64,000 nt of DNA from contig JBAXJR010000007.1 in the NCBI GenBank assembly GCA_037137755.1, forward strand, positions 1-64,000. The letters run 5' to 3'. This document shows, piece by piece, positions 41,750-55,890 of the stretch. The position numbers were made by a program, and so were the translations under genes. The notes under the pieces are model-generated. The model worked only from the letters and a program-made list of their open reading frames with translations, was not told where the DNA came from and did not search any database. The stretch's first letter is position 1, and each line of letters starts with the position of its first letter. The stretch comes from Methanomicrobiales archaeon. GTDB lineage: Archaea > Halobacteriota > Methanomicrobia > Methanomicrobiales > Methanospirillaceae.

Positions 41750-42874
41750 TTACATGCCGAAGAGGAATTGCGGGATAAATATAACTGCAAAATAGATTAT
41801 CATTGTTACAATTCCCACCGGAATGCCAATTTTTGCCCACTCCTTACTTGTAATCCCGATTTTTCCGGCAGAAATGATATTCGGGATATTTCCCGGGACC
41901 AGCATCCCCCCTGCAATGATAAGACCCATAAGGGCACTTTTTATCTGGAGCTCTGAAAGGACTGGGTTAATCTCCGCTGAAGCGAGGGTTGCGTTGTCAA
42001 GGACCGCAGAGATCATGTTTACCCAGTATAGCCCCACGGAGGGTATCGACACGACGTACTGCACGATAAGGGGCTTGAACCCTTCACCGAGAAAGATCAG
42101 GGCCACGATAAAAACATAGACCTTCGCTGCACGGATTGCAACTTCTGCCAGCGTGTCCCGCCTGAGCTCACATGCCAGTGCCTCCTCCGATAATCCGCTA
42201 CGGTGGTAGATGATCATCCCCACGATACCGAGGGCGATAATACCCGGGAGAATATAAAGGCCCAGGAGATTAAACAGGAAATCGAACCCGGCATAATACG
42301 GGGGCCCGGACAACCGTGAAGTAGCAATGGTCGAAAGTGGCTCACCAAGAGGTGTGAGTGCAGCACCAAGCCCGATCGAGAAACAGGCGACTATCGTAAC
42401 ACTGATCTTATCTCCCCTGTTGATAGGAAGGGCACAGACCATCTCAACCAGCACCAGTGCAGCGAGGATAGCAGAGATCAGGCTGGAGACCAGTCCGAGG
42501 ATTACAATGATAAAAAAAATAAATACCGGTATGGAGGTATGGGCGACGGTCCATACAATTGCCCTCTGGACCACGTTGAAACAGAAATATAAAAAAAGCC
42601 CGAAAATCAGGACAATCTGGACGATACCCACCGGGACCCCGAAGACTGTCGTAATCACGAGCGGTGCTGTCAGGGCTTCGATCACGACGTCCGTGGTCCA
42701 GCCAAATGTATAGCCTTCGATTGTAGCGAAACCAGAAATTGTCAGGGCAATTACCCCGCAGCCCAGGAGAAATACCTCGAGATTCTGCTCAACCCGTTTG
42801 GACCGGAACGGACCAATTAACACTACCAGGAGTATCCCGAACAGCCCGATATCGGCAAGTAATGTCCCATCCAT
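41750..42874 (-). CDS. DUF1646-like membrane transporter
   Basis: VEQNLE, IGLGAALTPLGEPLSTI, DNATL, GGMLVPGNIPNI. Confidence 0.8.
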   Translation of the reverse strand: MDGTLLADIGLFGILLVVLIGPFRSKRVEQNLEVFLLGCGVIALTISGFATIEGYTFGWTTDVVIEALTAPLVITTVFGVPVGIVQIVLIFGLFLYFCFNVVQRAIVWTVAHTSIPVFIFFIIVILGLVSSLISAILAALVLVEMVCALPINRGDKISVTIVACFSIGLGAALTPLGEPLSTIATSRLSGPPYYAGFDFLFNLLGLYILPGIIALGIVGMIIYHRSGLSEEALACELRRDTLAEVAIRAAKVYVFIVALIFLGEGFKPLIVQYVVSIPSVGLYWVNMISAVLDNATLASAEINPVLSELQIKSALMGLIIAGGMLVPGNIPNIISAGKIGITSKEWAKIGIPVGIVTMIIYFAVIFIPQFLFGM

Positions 42875-43319
42875 AACAAAAACCACCTCACAACATGATG
42901 GTCCTGGTACTACAATTGTCTCCAGATACATTATGGCCTACCATGCTCCCGATCACCAGGCCACGCGGTCTGTAAATTGGAATGCCATATTCATGTATCG
43001 TCCGGGATCTGGCGGAGATACCAGGAAAGGGTTTTCATATGAAGTCACAATCATTTTTCGCATACGGTGTCAATCACACGAGGCCTGCAAAACAATTCAC
43101 CATTTCCTCCTGGGATGTGTCCTCGTGCGTTACCCCAAAGTACCCAGGGAATGAAAATCCGTGTTCGTCATAGGAGTGGTATTTTTAACCCTGGCACTCC
43201 TGGTTTTATTACTATACCTGCGTGTACCCTGCGGTATGCAGGCAGGGTAACAATGACATCATGAAAGGCAGTTAAGGACCTGATGCCGGGGAAAAAATGG
43301 TGGTATTATTCACAGGGTT

Positions 43320-44153
43320 TTGAGGGAGATCCGGAACAGGATACGTTCGTATTCTAACGTAGATGACCTCCGGAAAGAGAAGGATATCCCGGGCCTGATC
43401 AAAGCCCTTGGGTGTAAGGATCTGGATGTCCAGTATATGGCAGTGGAGGCTCTCGGTTACTTACAGGACCCCTCAGCAATTCCTCCCCTTGTTACTTTGC
43501 TCTCCGAAGACCAGTACAGTGCAGTCCGGTGGAAATCTGCGGAGGCTCTTGCAAAAATAGGCAAAGAATCGGTTGAACCACTGATAGTCCTGCTTCATCA
43601 CCCGGACGAGGACGTCAGGTGGAAAGCAGCTATTGCGCTTGGGGAGATCGGGGATGCCCGTGCCATTGACCCGCTCATCGGTCTTCTTTGTGACCAGGAC
43701 CGCTATGTCAAGGGGAGGGTGGCCATCGCACTCGGGATGATCGGGCAGTCTGCGGTAGCATCGCTTATCAGGGCGCTCGGTGAGGGAGACGGGAGCCTCC
43801 GGTGGGGTGCAGCAATTGCACTCGGGCGGATCGGTGATCCACGGGCAATTGCACCATTGGTCAGGGCCCTTGGAGACAAGTACGAAAATGTCCGCTCCGA
43901 GGCATTGGCATCGTTAAAAGCAATGGAAGATGGGAATATAGACCTTTTTATCCAGTTGCTGAACGAAGTTGGCAATGAGGCACTGCAGGACTATATGGCA
44001 AACTCCCCTGCAGGTGATGGGCCAGATAGCCCTGGTTTCACAGACTTCCTGCTGTCTGTTGACCCTGATATACGCAAAAGGCTTGTTTCTGCCCTCATTG
44101 GTGTCGGTGACCCGGACCTCGGACCATTGATCAATGACCTGTCCGGTTCATGA
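43320..44153 (+). CDS. HEAT/PBS-lyase repeat protein
   Basis: Repeated VRWKAAIALGEIGD-like units. Confidence 0.85.
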   Translation: MREIRNRIRSYSNVDDLRKEKDIPGLIKALGCKDLDVQYMAVEALGYLQDPSAIPPLVTLLSEDQYSAVRWKSAEALAKIGKESVEPLIVLLHHPDEDVRWKAAIALGEIGDARAIDPLIGLLCDQDRYVKGRVAIALGMIGQSAVASLIRALGEGDGSLRWGAAIALGRIGDPRAIAPLVRALGDKYENVRSEALASLKAMEDGNIDLFIQLLNEVGNEALQDYMANSPAGDGPDSPGFTDFLLSVDPDIRKRLVSALIGVGDPDLGPLINDLSGS

Positions 44154-44242
44154 TGGGAAGATTTGGGACCTCCAAATTTTGATGGGCGTTTTCGCCTCTC
44201 GAAATGGAGTGCAAAAAATAATTAATTATATGTCCTGCGACA

Positions 44243-45034
44243 GTGATTCAATTCACTGTGTACGGCACGTATGATTACTCATGCTATATCAGGGAGGACG
44301 AGATCTCGGTGGAGGTCGAACGTTCTGCCCGGTACCTCACCTACAAAAGGGTATGCAGGGGAGAACCAGCGGAGCGGGTAATCGCCTCTGAAAACGGGTC
44401 AATCATCATCAACCCCGTGGAACCACTGAACCTGCCAAAGGAAGTGACACGGTACCTTGAACTCCATTTCAATCCCATATTCGTGGAACCTGAAACAACC
44501 CGACAGCTGTACCTTACCTTCCCGCTGGAAATCGGGGTGTTTATCCGGGCAAAGGATGATTATGATCTTCTCGACGTATTCTCCCCTGCAAAGCCAAAAT
44601 ACTCCCTCTACGGGCCCCCCGATTATGGTCGTGTTACCCGCTGGCACGAGAGTACAATCCACCAGGATATCCCCAAAACCGATCCCCTGCGGGAAGGGGT
44701 GCTTGACCTTACGGTTGTAAACGAGGGAAGGACCTGGATCGAGGTATCCAGAGCGGTCTTTGTGAATACAGGTATGACTATCTGGTACGGGGATTTTGTT
44801 GCGATGTCGGCGAGAATGGAATTGTTCTCTAATATCGTCGCAGAAACGAGGGTCCTCTCCACGCCGGAAAAAACGGGGTTTACGCGGTCACTCCCTGCCT
44901 ATTCTGCCAAAAAAGTATCAGTTGTCGAGATGGTAAACCAGATCCCGTTTTACTCCACAAAAAAGGCATTTGTACCGGAAAAAACGGGGTTCCTGATGGA
45001 ATTCGGGTTGGGTGACAAGGTTGCAGATGACTAA
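44243..45034 (+). CDS. DUF432-like protein
   Basis: PVEPLNLP, FPLEIGV, KYSLYG motifs; typical upstream partner of MscS. Confidence 0.7.
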   Translation: MIQFTVYGTYDYSCYIREDEISVEVERSARYLTYKRVCRGEPAERVIASENGSIIINPVEPLNLPKEVTRYLELHFNPIFVEPETTRQLYLTFPLEIGVFIRAKDDYDLLDVFSPAKPKYSLYGPPDYGRVTRWHESTIHQDIPKTDPLREGVLDLTVVNEGRTWIEVSRAVFVNTGMTIWYGDFVAMSARMELFSNIVAETRVLSTPEKTGFTRSLPAYSAKKVSVVEMVNQIPFYSTKKAFVPEKTGFLMEFGLGDKVADD

Positions 45035-45956
45035 CAGCACCCTTGATATTGCCTCGGTATTCGCCAATGTCAGGGCGTATGATATCCTTGCAATTGCAGT
45101 TATCCTGGTGGTTGCGGTTATCATTGCAAAAATTGCCACTACCTTCATGAAGCGGAAGCTCTCTGACCGGATGGAAAAATACGAGCTCAAGGTGCTGATA
45201 GCGGTCGTGTGGTGGATGATAATCCTGCTCGGAATTTTCATCGCATCACCCCATTTCAAGATCGACCTGTCAGGGCTCCTCGTTGCCGGCGGCATTATTG
45301 CTGTCATTATCGGGTTTGCCAGCCAGAGTGTCGTGTCCAATCTTGTATCGGGGATCTTTTTAATTCTCGAACGGCCTGTGAAAATCGGGGACAATATCAG
45401 CATAGGGGATGTGTCGGGAAATGTTGAGCATATCCATATCCTCTCAACAATAGTCAGGACATTCGAGGGGATCTATGTACGGGTACCAAACGAGAAGGTA
45501 TTCACGTCAAATATTACGAATTTTGTATCAAATGTTGCCCGCAGGTTTGATTACAAGATAGGTATCGGTTACCGTGAGGATGCAGGTCGTGCGATCCGGA
45601 TCATCAAGGAGGTGATCGATGAGGAGCCGTTTGCCCTTAAAAACCCGGAGCCCCTGGTCTTCGTGGACAAGCTTGGGGATAGCACGGTTGACCTTCTTAT
45701 CAGGATATGGGCCCCTTCAAAGGAATGGTACGACCTCAGGACGTCGTTGCTGTTGAAAATCAAAACCACGCTTGAAGCCAACGGGATTGAGATCCCCTAT
45801 CCGCAACAGGTGGTGTGGGTCCAGCAGGCATTACCTGCTGAAGGAAATACGGGGGGTCGGGGGCTTGTAACAGTAAAGCCCAATGAATCAAGGGTGCCTG
45901 AAGTTATGGATGAATTAAATTTCGCCGGCGAAAATGGAGGGGATAACCGTGGATAA
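45027..45956 (+). CDS. mscS: Small-conductance mechanosensitive channel
   Basis: 3 TM, GFASQSVVSNLVSG, RPVKIGD, VPN, GIEIPYPQ. Confidence 0.9.
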   Translation: MTNSTLDIASVFANVRAYDILAIAVILVVAVIIAKIATTFMKRKLSDRMEKYELKVLIAVVWWMIILLGIFIASPHFKIDLSGLLVAGGIIAVIIGFASQSVVSNLVSGIFLILERPVKIGDNISIGDVSGNVEHIHILSTIVRTFEGIYVRVPNEKVFTSNITNFVSNVARRFDYKIGIGYREDAGRAIRIIKEVIDEEPFALKNPEPLVFVDKLGDSTVDLLIRIWAPSKEWYDLRTSLLLKIKTTLEANGIEIPYPQQVVWVQQALPAEGNTGGRGLVTVKPNESRVPEVMDELNFAGENGGDNRG

Positions 45957-46497
45957 TGAAGAGACCGGAACTGCCGAAGCCGGGAGACTGATAGGTGACC
46001 TGGGTGACCCGGACATGACTATCCGGCGGGAGGCGGTCCTGCGTCTCGGGGCGATGGGCGAACAATCAGTACACCCGCTTATTCGCTCGATGCAGGAGAA
46101 TAATGACGCCGACTTCCGCTGGTACGCTGCAAGTGCATTGGCTCTGGCCGGGAAAATTGCAGTTGAACCCCTGATTCAGGCCATGGAGGACGACCCTGAC
46201 CCGGGGTTCCGGAAGTATGCGGCGGCTGCGCTCGGGCAGATCGGAGAGCCTGCGGTAGACCCGCTGATAGAGGCGTTCACCCGCGGGGACAGGGGGATGA
46301 GGGAATTCATCGCACTCACCTTATGCCGGATTGGAAAACCTGCCATCCAGCCCCTCCAGCATTTGCTGCATAACGAAGATCCGGAAATGCGGTCGTGTGC
46401 CGAGCTGGTACTCTGGAAGATGGGCGAACCGGGAGTGCATGCACTGGTTGATGAGTATAACCCTGCTGATCCGGGAAAAGGCGATCCGGAAACCTGA
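45949..46497 (+). CDS. HEAT repeat protein
   Basis: Repeated R..AA.ALG.IG..AV.PLI units; SD GGAGG. Confidence 0.82.
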   Translation: MDNEETGTAEAGRLIGDLGDPDMTIRREAVLRLGAMGEQSVHPLIRSMQENNDADFRWYAASALALAGKIAVEPLIQAMEDDPDPGFRKYAAAALGQIGEPAVDPLIEAFTRGDRGMREFIALTLCRIGKPAIQPLQHLLHNEDPEMRSCAELVLWKMGEPGVHALVDEYNPADPGKGDPET

Positions 46498-46731
46498 CAT
46501 GGCCGATCCCATCCAATTCAGCTCCGGCACCGCATTATCCCTGGATTGGGGGCACCTGGAGAAGATGCCTGAATAGCCCGGAATTACTGTTTTCCCAGTT
46601 TTACCTATTACTCTGGTTCCCGCCGTGCTCCTGTTGTCGGCATTGTTGGATCGCAATTCATCGGCACTGTTTCCCGGTTCCCTGCGGGTGATAACCCAAG
46701 AGATAAATCCCACCCTGCTCATGAAATTGGT

Positions 46732-49700
46732 ATGCTGAAGGTCTCACCGCTCATGGAACAATACCTTGCGGTGCTTCAGAATGGCCTTGAAGAGGCGATG
46801 GCCGTTGCACGTGCGGCGCGGGCACAGGGTCTTGACCCAAAGACCGTCCCAGAGATCCCGGTGGCAAATGACCTTGCAGACCGTGTTGAAGCACTCCTGA
46901 ATATCCGGGGTGTTGCAGCGCGTATCCGTGAACTGGAGGCCACGATGTCACGTGAAGAGGTGGCACTCCGCATCGGTGACGATTTCGTTGCCTGCAAGTT
47001 CGGTGAGACCGGCCCCCTCGAAGTCCTCGATCATGCAATCCGTACCGCAATGGCACTCCTTACCGAAGGTGTGGTTGCAGCTCCCACCGAAGGGATTGCA
47101 AAAATAGGTCTTGGCAAAAACGATGACGGCACCGAATACTTGAAAATCTACTACGCAGGTCCCATCAGGAGTGCCGGGGGAACTGCACAGGCGCTGTCGG
47201 TCCTTGTCGGTGACTATGTGCGCCGGGCGCTCGGTATTAACCGCTACATCCCGCGACAGGAGGAAATTGAGCGGTATATCGAGGAGATCCGCCAGTATAA
47301 CACCATTATGAACCTCCAGTACCTCCCGAGTGAGAAGGAGATCCGGCTTATTGTCACCAACTGCCCGGTCTGCATCGATGGTGAAGGCACCGAAAGGGAA
47401 GACGTGTCAGGGTACCGGAACCTTTCCCGGGTTGAGACGAATACTGTCCGGGGCGGGATGGCACTCGTGCTTGCGGAAGGCCTGGCGTTAAAGGCGCCAA
47501 AAGTCCAGAAAAACGTTAAAAAGATGAAAATGGACGGGTGGGACTGGCTCGACGAACTGATTAGCGGGACGACGAAAAGTGAGGCAGAGGAGACCGGCCA
47601 GGCCGGCGTAAAACCAAAAGACAAGTATTTACGGGACCTTATTGCAGGGAGGCCCGTTTTCGCCTATCCCATGAGGAAAGGCGGGTTCCGCCTGCGTCTC
47701 GGGAGGTCAAGGAACACGGGTTTTGCCGCTGCCGGGCTCCACCCTGCCACGATGCATATCCTCGGGGACTTCCTGGCGGTCGGCACCCAGATGAAGACCG
47801 AACGCCCGGGAAAAGCGGCAGGAATTGTCCCGGTTGATTCAATTGAAGGCCCGACGGTCAGGTTAAAGGACGGGTCCGTGCTCAGGGTCGATGATGGTGC
47901 CCTTGCCCGGGAAATCATGCCAAAAATCGAAAAGATTCTCGATGTGGGCGAGATCCTGATCAGTTACGGGGAGTTCCTCGAGAACAACCACCTGCTGGTC
48001 CCGGCAGCCTACTGTGAAGAGTGGTGGCTGCAGGAAGGGGGAAAAGTCCGGCCTGAAAATGAGTCGGAAGCGATAGCAATGGCACGTTCGGGTACCTGCC
48101 TCCACCCTGCCTACATGTATTTCTGGGACGATCTCACCTGTCTTCAGGTGAAGACGCTGGCTGATTTCATTGCAGAACATGGGTCGGTCGGTGAGAACGG
48201 ACTCGTGATCCCGAACGAGTTCATCTGTAAAGGTATACTCGAAGAGGCACTCATCCCGCATACCGTTCGTGATGGGCGGATCGTAATCAGGGACTACCTT
48301 GTGCCCCTTGCGTGTCTCGGCCTTGGCAGTGACCTTACCCGTAACAGGGAATGGGAGAATGCACCGATGGAAAATTCCCTGGCGCTTGTAATTCACCTGT
48401 CCGGCTTTACCATGAGGTCCAAGGCTGGGACACGCATTGGTGGCAGGATGGGAAGGCCGGGGAAATCAGCCCCGCGGAAAATGGACCCGGCAGTCCATGT
48501 GCTGTTCCCGCTCGGGGAAGCAGGCGGGACCAGGAGGTCATTCCAGCAGGCTTCCACCCATACCCTGGTCGCCAACAAGGACGGGGGGATTATTATTGTC
48601 GAGGCCGGCAGCCGCAGGTGTCCTGCTTGTAACATGATGACCTATAAAAACCGGTGTCATTGCGGTGCCCATACAAAACCCGTGTTCAAGTGCCAGAAAT
48701 GCAGTCACGAGGGGGAGGAGGCCGAATGCCCTGCCTGTCACGTGGATATGTCCTGCTCGTCCACCTGCACCATTAATGTAAAAGAGGAGTACGCACTGGC
48801 GATAGCGCGTCTTGGTATCAGGGAGGACCAGGTGCAGCTGGTCAAGGGAGTCAAGGGGATGATCTCACGGGAGAAGGCAATCGAGATGATCGACAAGGGT
48901 ATAATCCGGGCACAGCACGATCTCTTTGTCTTCAAGGACGGGACGGTCAGGTACGACATGATCGACCTCCCGATTACCCATTTCAGGCCGGACGAGGTGG
49001 GCATTACCGTCGAACAGGCTATTAAACTAGGATATGAACGTGACCTGTTCGGGACACCGCTCGTCGAACGGTCACAGGTGATTGAGCTCCATCCCCAGGA
49101 TATCCTGGTATCCGAGATCTGTGCTGATTACCTGATAAAAATTACCAGGTTCATCGATATGATGCTGGTAAAATGCTATAACCTTCCGCCGTTTTACAAC
49201 GTCAGGACGAAATCAGATCTCCTCGGGCACCTCGTAATGGGGCTTGCACCACACACGAGTGCCGGGGTACTTGCACGCCTTGTCGGGTTCACGAAGGCGA
49301 ATGTCGGCTATGCACACCCGTTTTTCCATGCTGCAAAGCGGAGAAACTGTTTCCATGGTGATACGGTGATCGAGGTGTACGACGGGTGGTCATGGAAGAG
49401 TTTGCCGATACGGCAGTTTGTGATCGAGAATTTCGATATCAGCCAGCCCGGCCTTGACCGGCTCGGGACGTATTATTCGGACCCGAAGTCCTGTTTTTAT
49501 ACAAGGGCTGTCGATACGAACGGGATATTGCATATGCGGAAGGTCACGTCTGTATCGATTCACCGGTCTCCCGCTGCTCTGGTGAGGATCGAGACCCGCC
49601 GTGGCAAGGAAATAGCGGTGACCCCTGATCACGCCATGCTGGTCTGGGATATCGGGTACCTCCGGAAAATTAAAGCAATGGAAATAAAACCAGGGGACCC

Positions 49701-50598
49701 GCTGCCGGTAATGGAGGGGATGAACATCATCACCGACTACGTGAAGAGTGCTGATCCGGTCCCTTCCCCGGAAGACCGTGTCTACTGCCTCACGGTAGCG
49801 GACGACCACACGGTCCTTGCAAACGGGGTTTTTACCGGGCAGTGTGATGGTGACGAGGACTGCATTATGCTCCTCCTTGACGGCCTCATCAACTTCTCCC
49901 GGTCGTTTCTCCCCGAGACCCGTGGTGGTTCGATGGACGCCCCGCTTGTCCTGACGACCCGTATTGACCCGGCAGAAATCGACAAAGAAAGCCTCAATAT
50001 CGATGTGGGGGCGTCATACCCCCTCGAGTTGTACAGGGCCGCACAGCAGTACACACACCCGAAAGATGTGGAACACCTGGTCGACCGGGTCGAACGCCGC
50101 CTCGGGACACCGGCCCAGGTGGAGGGGTTTTTCTATACCCACAGCACGAGCAACATCTCGGCCGGGCCTGCCGAGTCCACCTATACGAGGCTCGAGTCGA
50201 TGCTCGAAAAACTTGATGCCGAGTTGAAACTGGCCGAGGAGATCAGGGCAGTTGACGCGGACGATGTTGCCGAACGGGTGCTGAATACGCATTTCATCCG
50301 TGACCTCCAGGGAAACCTCAACGCCTTTTCGAAGCAGAAATTCCGCTGTACAAAATGCAACCAGAGCCACCGGAGGATGCCCCTTGCAGGGAAATGTATC
50401 AAGTGCGGTGGGAATATAATTCCGACAGTCCACGAGGGGTCAGTAAAAAAATATCTGGTGATGTCGCAGGACATCTGTAAGAAATATGCAGTATCCGAAT
50501 ATACCCGGCAGCGTGTGGAGGTACTCATCATGTCGATAGAGTCCACGTTCGGGACTGAAAAGGACCAGCAGATGGGACTTGCTGATTTCATGTCCTGA
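46732..50598 (+). CDS. polC: DNA polymerase D large subunit (DP2), intein-containing
   Basis: [21 protein letters not shown], zinc fingers, AAKRRN-[intein]-CDGDED. Confidence 0.96.
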   Translation: MLKVSPLMEQYLAVLQNGLEEAMAVARAARAQGLDPKTVPEIPVANDLADRVEALLNIRGVAARIRELEATMSREEVALRIGDDFVACKFGETGPLEVLDHAIRTAMALLTEGVVAAPTEGIAKIGLGKNDDGTEYLKIYYAGPIRSAGGTAQALSVLVGDYVRRALGINRYIPRQEEIERYIEEIRQYNTIMNLQYLPSEKEIRLIVTNCPVCIDGEGTEREDVSGYRNLSRVETNTVRGGMALVLAEGLALKAPKVQKNVKKMKMDGWDWLDELISGTTKSEAEETGQAGVKPKDKYLRDLIAGRPVFAYPMRKGGFRLRLGRSRNTGFAAAGLHPATMHILGDFLAVGTQMKTERPGKAAGIVPVDSIEGPTVRLKDGSVLRVDDGALAREIMPKIEKILDVGEILISYGEFLENNHLLVPAAYCEEWWLQEGGKVRPENESEAIAMARSGTCLHPAYMYFWDDLTCLQVKTLADFIAEHGSVGENGLVIPNEFICKGILEEALIPHTVRDGRIVIRDYLVPLACLGLGSDLTRNREWENAPMENSLALVIHLSGFTMRSKAGTRIGGRMGRPGKSAPRKMDPAVHVLFPLGEAGGTRRSFQQASTHTLVANKDGGIIIVEAGSRRCPACNMMTYKNRCHCGAHTKPVFKCQKCSHEGEEAECPACHVDMSCSSTCTINVKEEYALAIARLGIREDQVQLVKGVKGMISREKAIEMIDKGIIRAQHDLFVFKDGTVRYDMIDLPITHFRPDEVGITVEQAIKLGYERDLFGTPLVERSQVIELHPQDILVSEICADYLIKITRFIDMMLVKCYNLPPFYNVRTKSDLLGHLVMGLAPHTSAGVLARLVGFTKANVGYAHPFFHAAKRRNCFHGDTVIEVYDGWSWKSLPIRQFVIENFDISQPGLDRLGTYYSDPKSCFYTRAVDTNGILHMRKVTSVSIHRSPAALVRIETRRGKEIAVTPDHAMLVWDIGYLRKIKAMEIKPGDPLPVMEGMNIITDYVKSADPVPSPEDRVYCLTVADDHTVLANGVFTGQCDGDEDCIMLLLDGLINFSRSFLPETRGGSMDAPLVLTTRIDPAEIDKESLNIDVGASYPLELYRAAQQYTHPKDVEHLVDRVERRLGTPAQVEGFFYTHSTSNISAGPAESTYTRLESMLEKLDAELKLAEEIRAVDADDVAERVLNTHFIRDLQGNLNAFSKQKFRCTKCNQSHRRMPLAGKCIKCGGNIIPTVHEGSVKKYLVMSQDICKKYAVSEYTRQRVEVLIMSIESTFGTEKDQQMGLADFMS
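49348..49842 (+). mobile_element. Mini-intein (165 aa, no homing endonuclease) in DP2
   Basis: Begins CFHGDT, block B VTPDH, ends VFTGQ before +1 Cys; interrupts conserved RRNCDGDED. Confidence 0.92.
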
Positions 50599-50744
50599 TG
50601 GTAGAAATATAACCGTCTCTTTTAACAGCCCTGGTTTCCGGGGTATCCGGGTTTCGGGGAATCCTCTCCGAACCTTGGATAACCGCCATCAAACTGGTGA
50701 TCTGGATGGATGCTGAAATTTCCTTCGTAAAAAAAGTGTTGTGG

Positions 50745-51038
50745 TTAGACTTCAAGATCCGCTTCAATCGGACCGACAAAACCGGCAGCGATGTTATAGA
50801 CGAATGAATAGATCGCTCCTATGATGAATCCCCAAATTAAACCCCCAATTATTGCGATAACGAGGATTGCAACCGCACCTAGTCCTGCCATAGGGATCAC
50901 TTCCTTGGCTATAACACCCATACCCCCGACTACGAGAGCCATTATGATTCCCCAAATCAGACCAAAAATTAAACCTAAAATCGCACCAATCTTTGCGACA
51001 CTCATTACGTTCAAACTTTTAATTTTGTAATTTGCCAT
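50745..51038 (-). CDS. Small membrane protein (DUF3566-like)
   Basis: SVAKI..2 TM..YNIAAGFVGPIE; SD AAGGTGA. Confidence 0.7.
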   Translation of the reverse strand: MANYKIKSLNVMSVAKIGAILGLIFGLIWGIIMALVVGGMGVIAKEVIPMAGLGAVAILVIAIIGGLIWGFIIGAIYSFVYNIAAGFVGPIEADLEV

Positions 51039-51310
51039 TGTTCTTTTCACCTTCTGTAATGATTATGATTACATTGAACTCGCATTTAAGGGTAGTGCTG
51101 TTCCATCAACATCTGGAATCTACTGATTACTTGTTTATAGTATCAACTGGAATTTCAGCTCGAATTGTTATTATATCGTGATGCCATAATATAATATTAT
51201 TTGATATATAATATTCTCATTTATATATTGTAATTTTAAACGTATCAACAATTTGATATGAAATTCCTTACCTCAAAACCTTTTACCCTCTGCGTCCAAT
51301 ATGTTTTCGC

Positions 51311-51393
51311 GCGAGGGTATCTAAGTGGCCAACAGAGGCAGACTCAAGATCTGTTCCCGAAGGGGTTCGCGGGTTCGACTCCCTCCCCTCGCA
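51311..51393 (+). tRNA. tRNA-Leu(CAA)
   Basis: Acceptor GCGAGGG/CCCTCGC+A, GCAGA-CTCAAGA-TCTGT, long variable arm, TTCGACT T-loop. Confidence 0.93.
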
Positions 51394-51655
51394 TACTCAT
51401 TTAACAAAATATCCTCATTTGTGCGATATTTTATTTAACATAGAATACTTATCCTGTGACCCTGCTAATGGATGGATATAAACACAGAAAATAGTTGGGA
51501 TCGTCTTTTTAATACTCTGTATAGCTGTTCTACCTATATATTTTTCAATGCCTGATAATACAGCCAGATTCCTTGTAGGTGCAGTCAGCACTATCCTTGG
51601 GGTTGTTGGACTAATAATATTGTTTATAGACAAATAAAAAAAGAATGGGATTCTT

Positions 51656-51706
51656 CTCAAGATCCGCTCCCGAACGGGTTCGCGGGTTCAACTCCCACCT
51701 CTCACA
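51656..51706 (+). repeat. Degenerate direct repeat of tRNA-Leu 3' half (att-like)
   Basis: 44/51 identity by manual alignment to 51343-51393, beginning in the anticodon loop. Confidence 0.85.
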
Positions 51707-51756
51707 CTTTTATTACGCATTAAATTATAAAAAAGCAAAAAAAAAGGATGAGGGTC

Positions 51757-52326
51757 TTAACCCTGGATATTGCTATCCTGATTTATGAAGCAGAACGGGT
51801 CTTCTGCTGAAAAATTGCCGGTTCGGGCGTAGGCACGGACCCTGCAGCCTCCTCCGCAGAGAGGAAAATAACCACAATCCCTGCATTTTCCCCCGATTGA
51901 TTGATTTTTGGCCCGAAAACGGTCGAGAACGGGATGAGAGTCATCTGACCAGATCCCTGAAAAAGGACGTTATCGGATGTTTCCGCTTATAGCCACTGTT
52001 TTAATCCCAGCCTCATGGAGCTTTGCCGCTTTCGTCTGATCGATAAGTATCCCGCTCGTGCCCATGACCCTCCGGAGCCCCCGTTCTGTACCGTACCGGG
52101 CGATATCAAAGCTGTCCTCCCTCATAAGGGGTCCTCCTCCGCTCAGCACAACTACGGGTTTCCCGGTCTCGCAAATCTGGTCGACAACGCCGAACGCTTC
52201 CTCAGTGGAGAGCACTCCGTCTACCTCACGAACACCTGCGTCCACGTAACAGTGGGCACATTTCAGTGGGCACCGGAGCGTGATGTTCCACGAGATAATA
52301 CGTGGGCCGTTTACTCCACTTTTCAA
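51757..52326 (-). pseudogene. Radical SAM/SPASM (AhbC/NirJ-like) pseudogene
   Basis: WNITLRCPLKCAHCY N-terminus joined directly to GNIR*RPF..KCRDC..LCGGGCRVRA..DPFC; large internal deletion plus in-frame TAA at 51970-51972. Confidence 0.85.
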
Positions 52327-52404
52327 AGCTTCAACCCTTTTGCCACCCGTTTACCCGGTTCTTTATCCACCGTTGTGAGATTCTCCACCATTGAAGACTT
52401 TGTG

Positions 52405-54807
<2,403 letters not shown>

Positions 54808-54882
54808 TTACGGGACAATCTCCATTGGCCAATCCCCCCAATCGGATGTACCCCAAGTTTGAAAATATTAATAGGGATGAGA

Positions 54883-55476
54883 TTATTCACTGGTGGATTT
54901 TCCAAGGGCGTAGCCCTTCTGGTAGGCTGCTTCAAGGAGGTCCGGGTGTGCCGCAACGTCGCGAATTGTATCCATATCATTAATCAACAGTTCATCGGTA
55001 TACTGGCAGTCGATAATGTCAAAAAATGCCCTGACTGTCAGTTTAACACCTACGAAAACCTCGGGGATTTTCATGCCCGAGATACAGATGAAAAGTCCCT
55101 TACGCTCCTTTCTACGCTCCTTTGAGATGAAAGGCTCTTTTCGCATGTATTTGGCCATGAAAAAGACCTGGAACCTGTCGATCATTGATTTGAGTTTGCC
55201 GGGAATCCCCATAGTCATGACCGGGGTAGCAATGATGAGACAATCCATCTCTTTGAACTTCGGGTAGAGCTTCTGCATATCGTCATCCAGAATGCAGGTG
55301 TCATGGTCTTTGCAAAAAAACATCTCCATGCAGGATTCGAAATCAAGGTTGGCGACTTCAATTTTTTCAACCATACAACCGGCATCTTCTGCTCCCTTCA
55401 GCGCACGGTCAAGCAGTTTTGCCGTGTTGCCTTCGGAAAGGGGACTCCCGAGGATACCCATCACCTTTTTTCCCAT
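54883..55476 (-). CDS. Flavodoxin-fold iron-sulfur flavoprotein-like protein
   Basis: GSPLSEGNT, Cys cluster, DDMQ, ATPV, LKSMIDR. Confidence 0.85.
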   Translation of the reverse strand: MGKKVMGILGSPLSEGNTAKLLDRALKGAEDAGCMVEKIEVANLDFESCMEMFFCKDHDTCILDDDMQKLYPKFKEMDCLIIATPVMTMGIPGKLKSMIDRFQVFFMAKYMRKEPFISKERRKERKGLFICISGMKIPEVFVGVKLTVRAFFDIIDCQYTDELLINDMDTIRDVAAHPDLLEAAYQKGYALGKSTSE

Positions 55477-55890
55477 AGGACAGTAAACGTGAAAAACTCA
55501 CATATAGTTTTGTATAGGTATCTGGAATTTGTCCTATGGTGTGAAATGTAACAATACTCATTTCAATAGAGCGTATTGAACCGCCCCCTTGTACGGATCC
55601 TCAAAATTACCTGTATCACAATGATCTTTGAATCTGTGTCTGAATTCGGCATGAAACGAGTTATCATAATTTCTGCTGCAGCGATTGTCATGGCCATAGC
55701 AATCAGTGGTATTGCATACAGGCTGCTATGAGTCCGTTTTTGTGAAACATGAGGATTAGATTGCTCTTACAATATCCAGGTATCAAGGATTAGATTACCT
55801 TTTTTAACTATTCAGAGAACGAGGACATGAGGGGGATTGACCGCTCCGGGAAACATATTTCCATCTTGTAGAATAATAGTATAAAAATTC

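Noticed and set aside
51415-51660. 81 aa minus-strand ORF downstream of tRNA-Leu
   Set aside because: Reads as the antisense shadow of a hydrophobic plus-strand fragment
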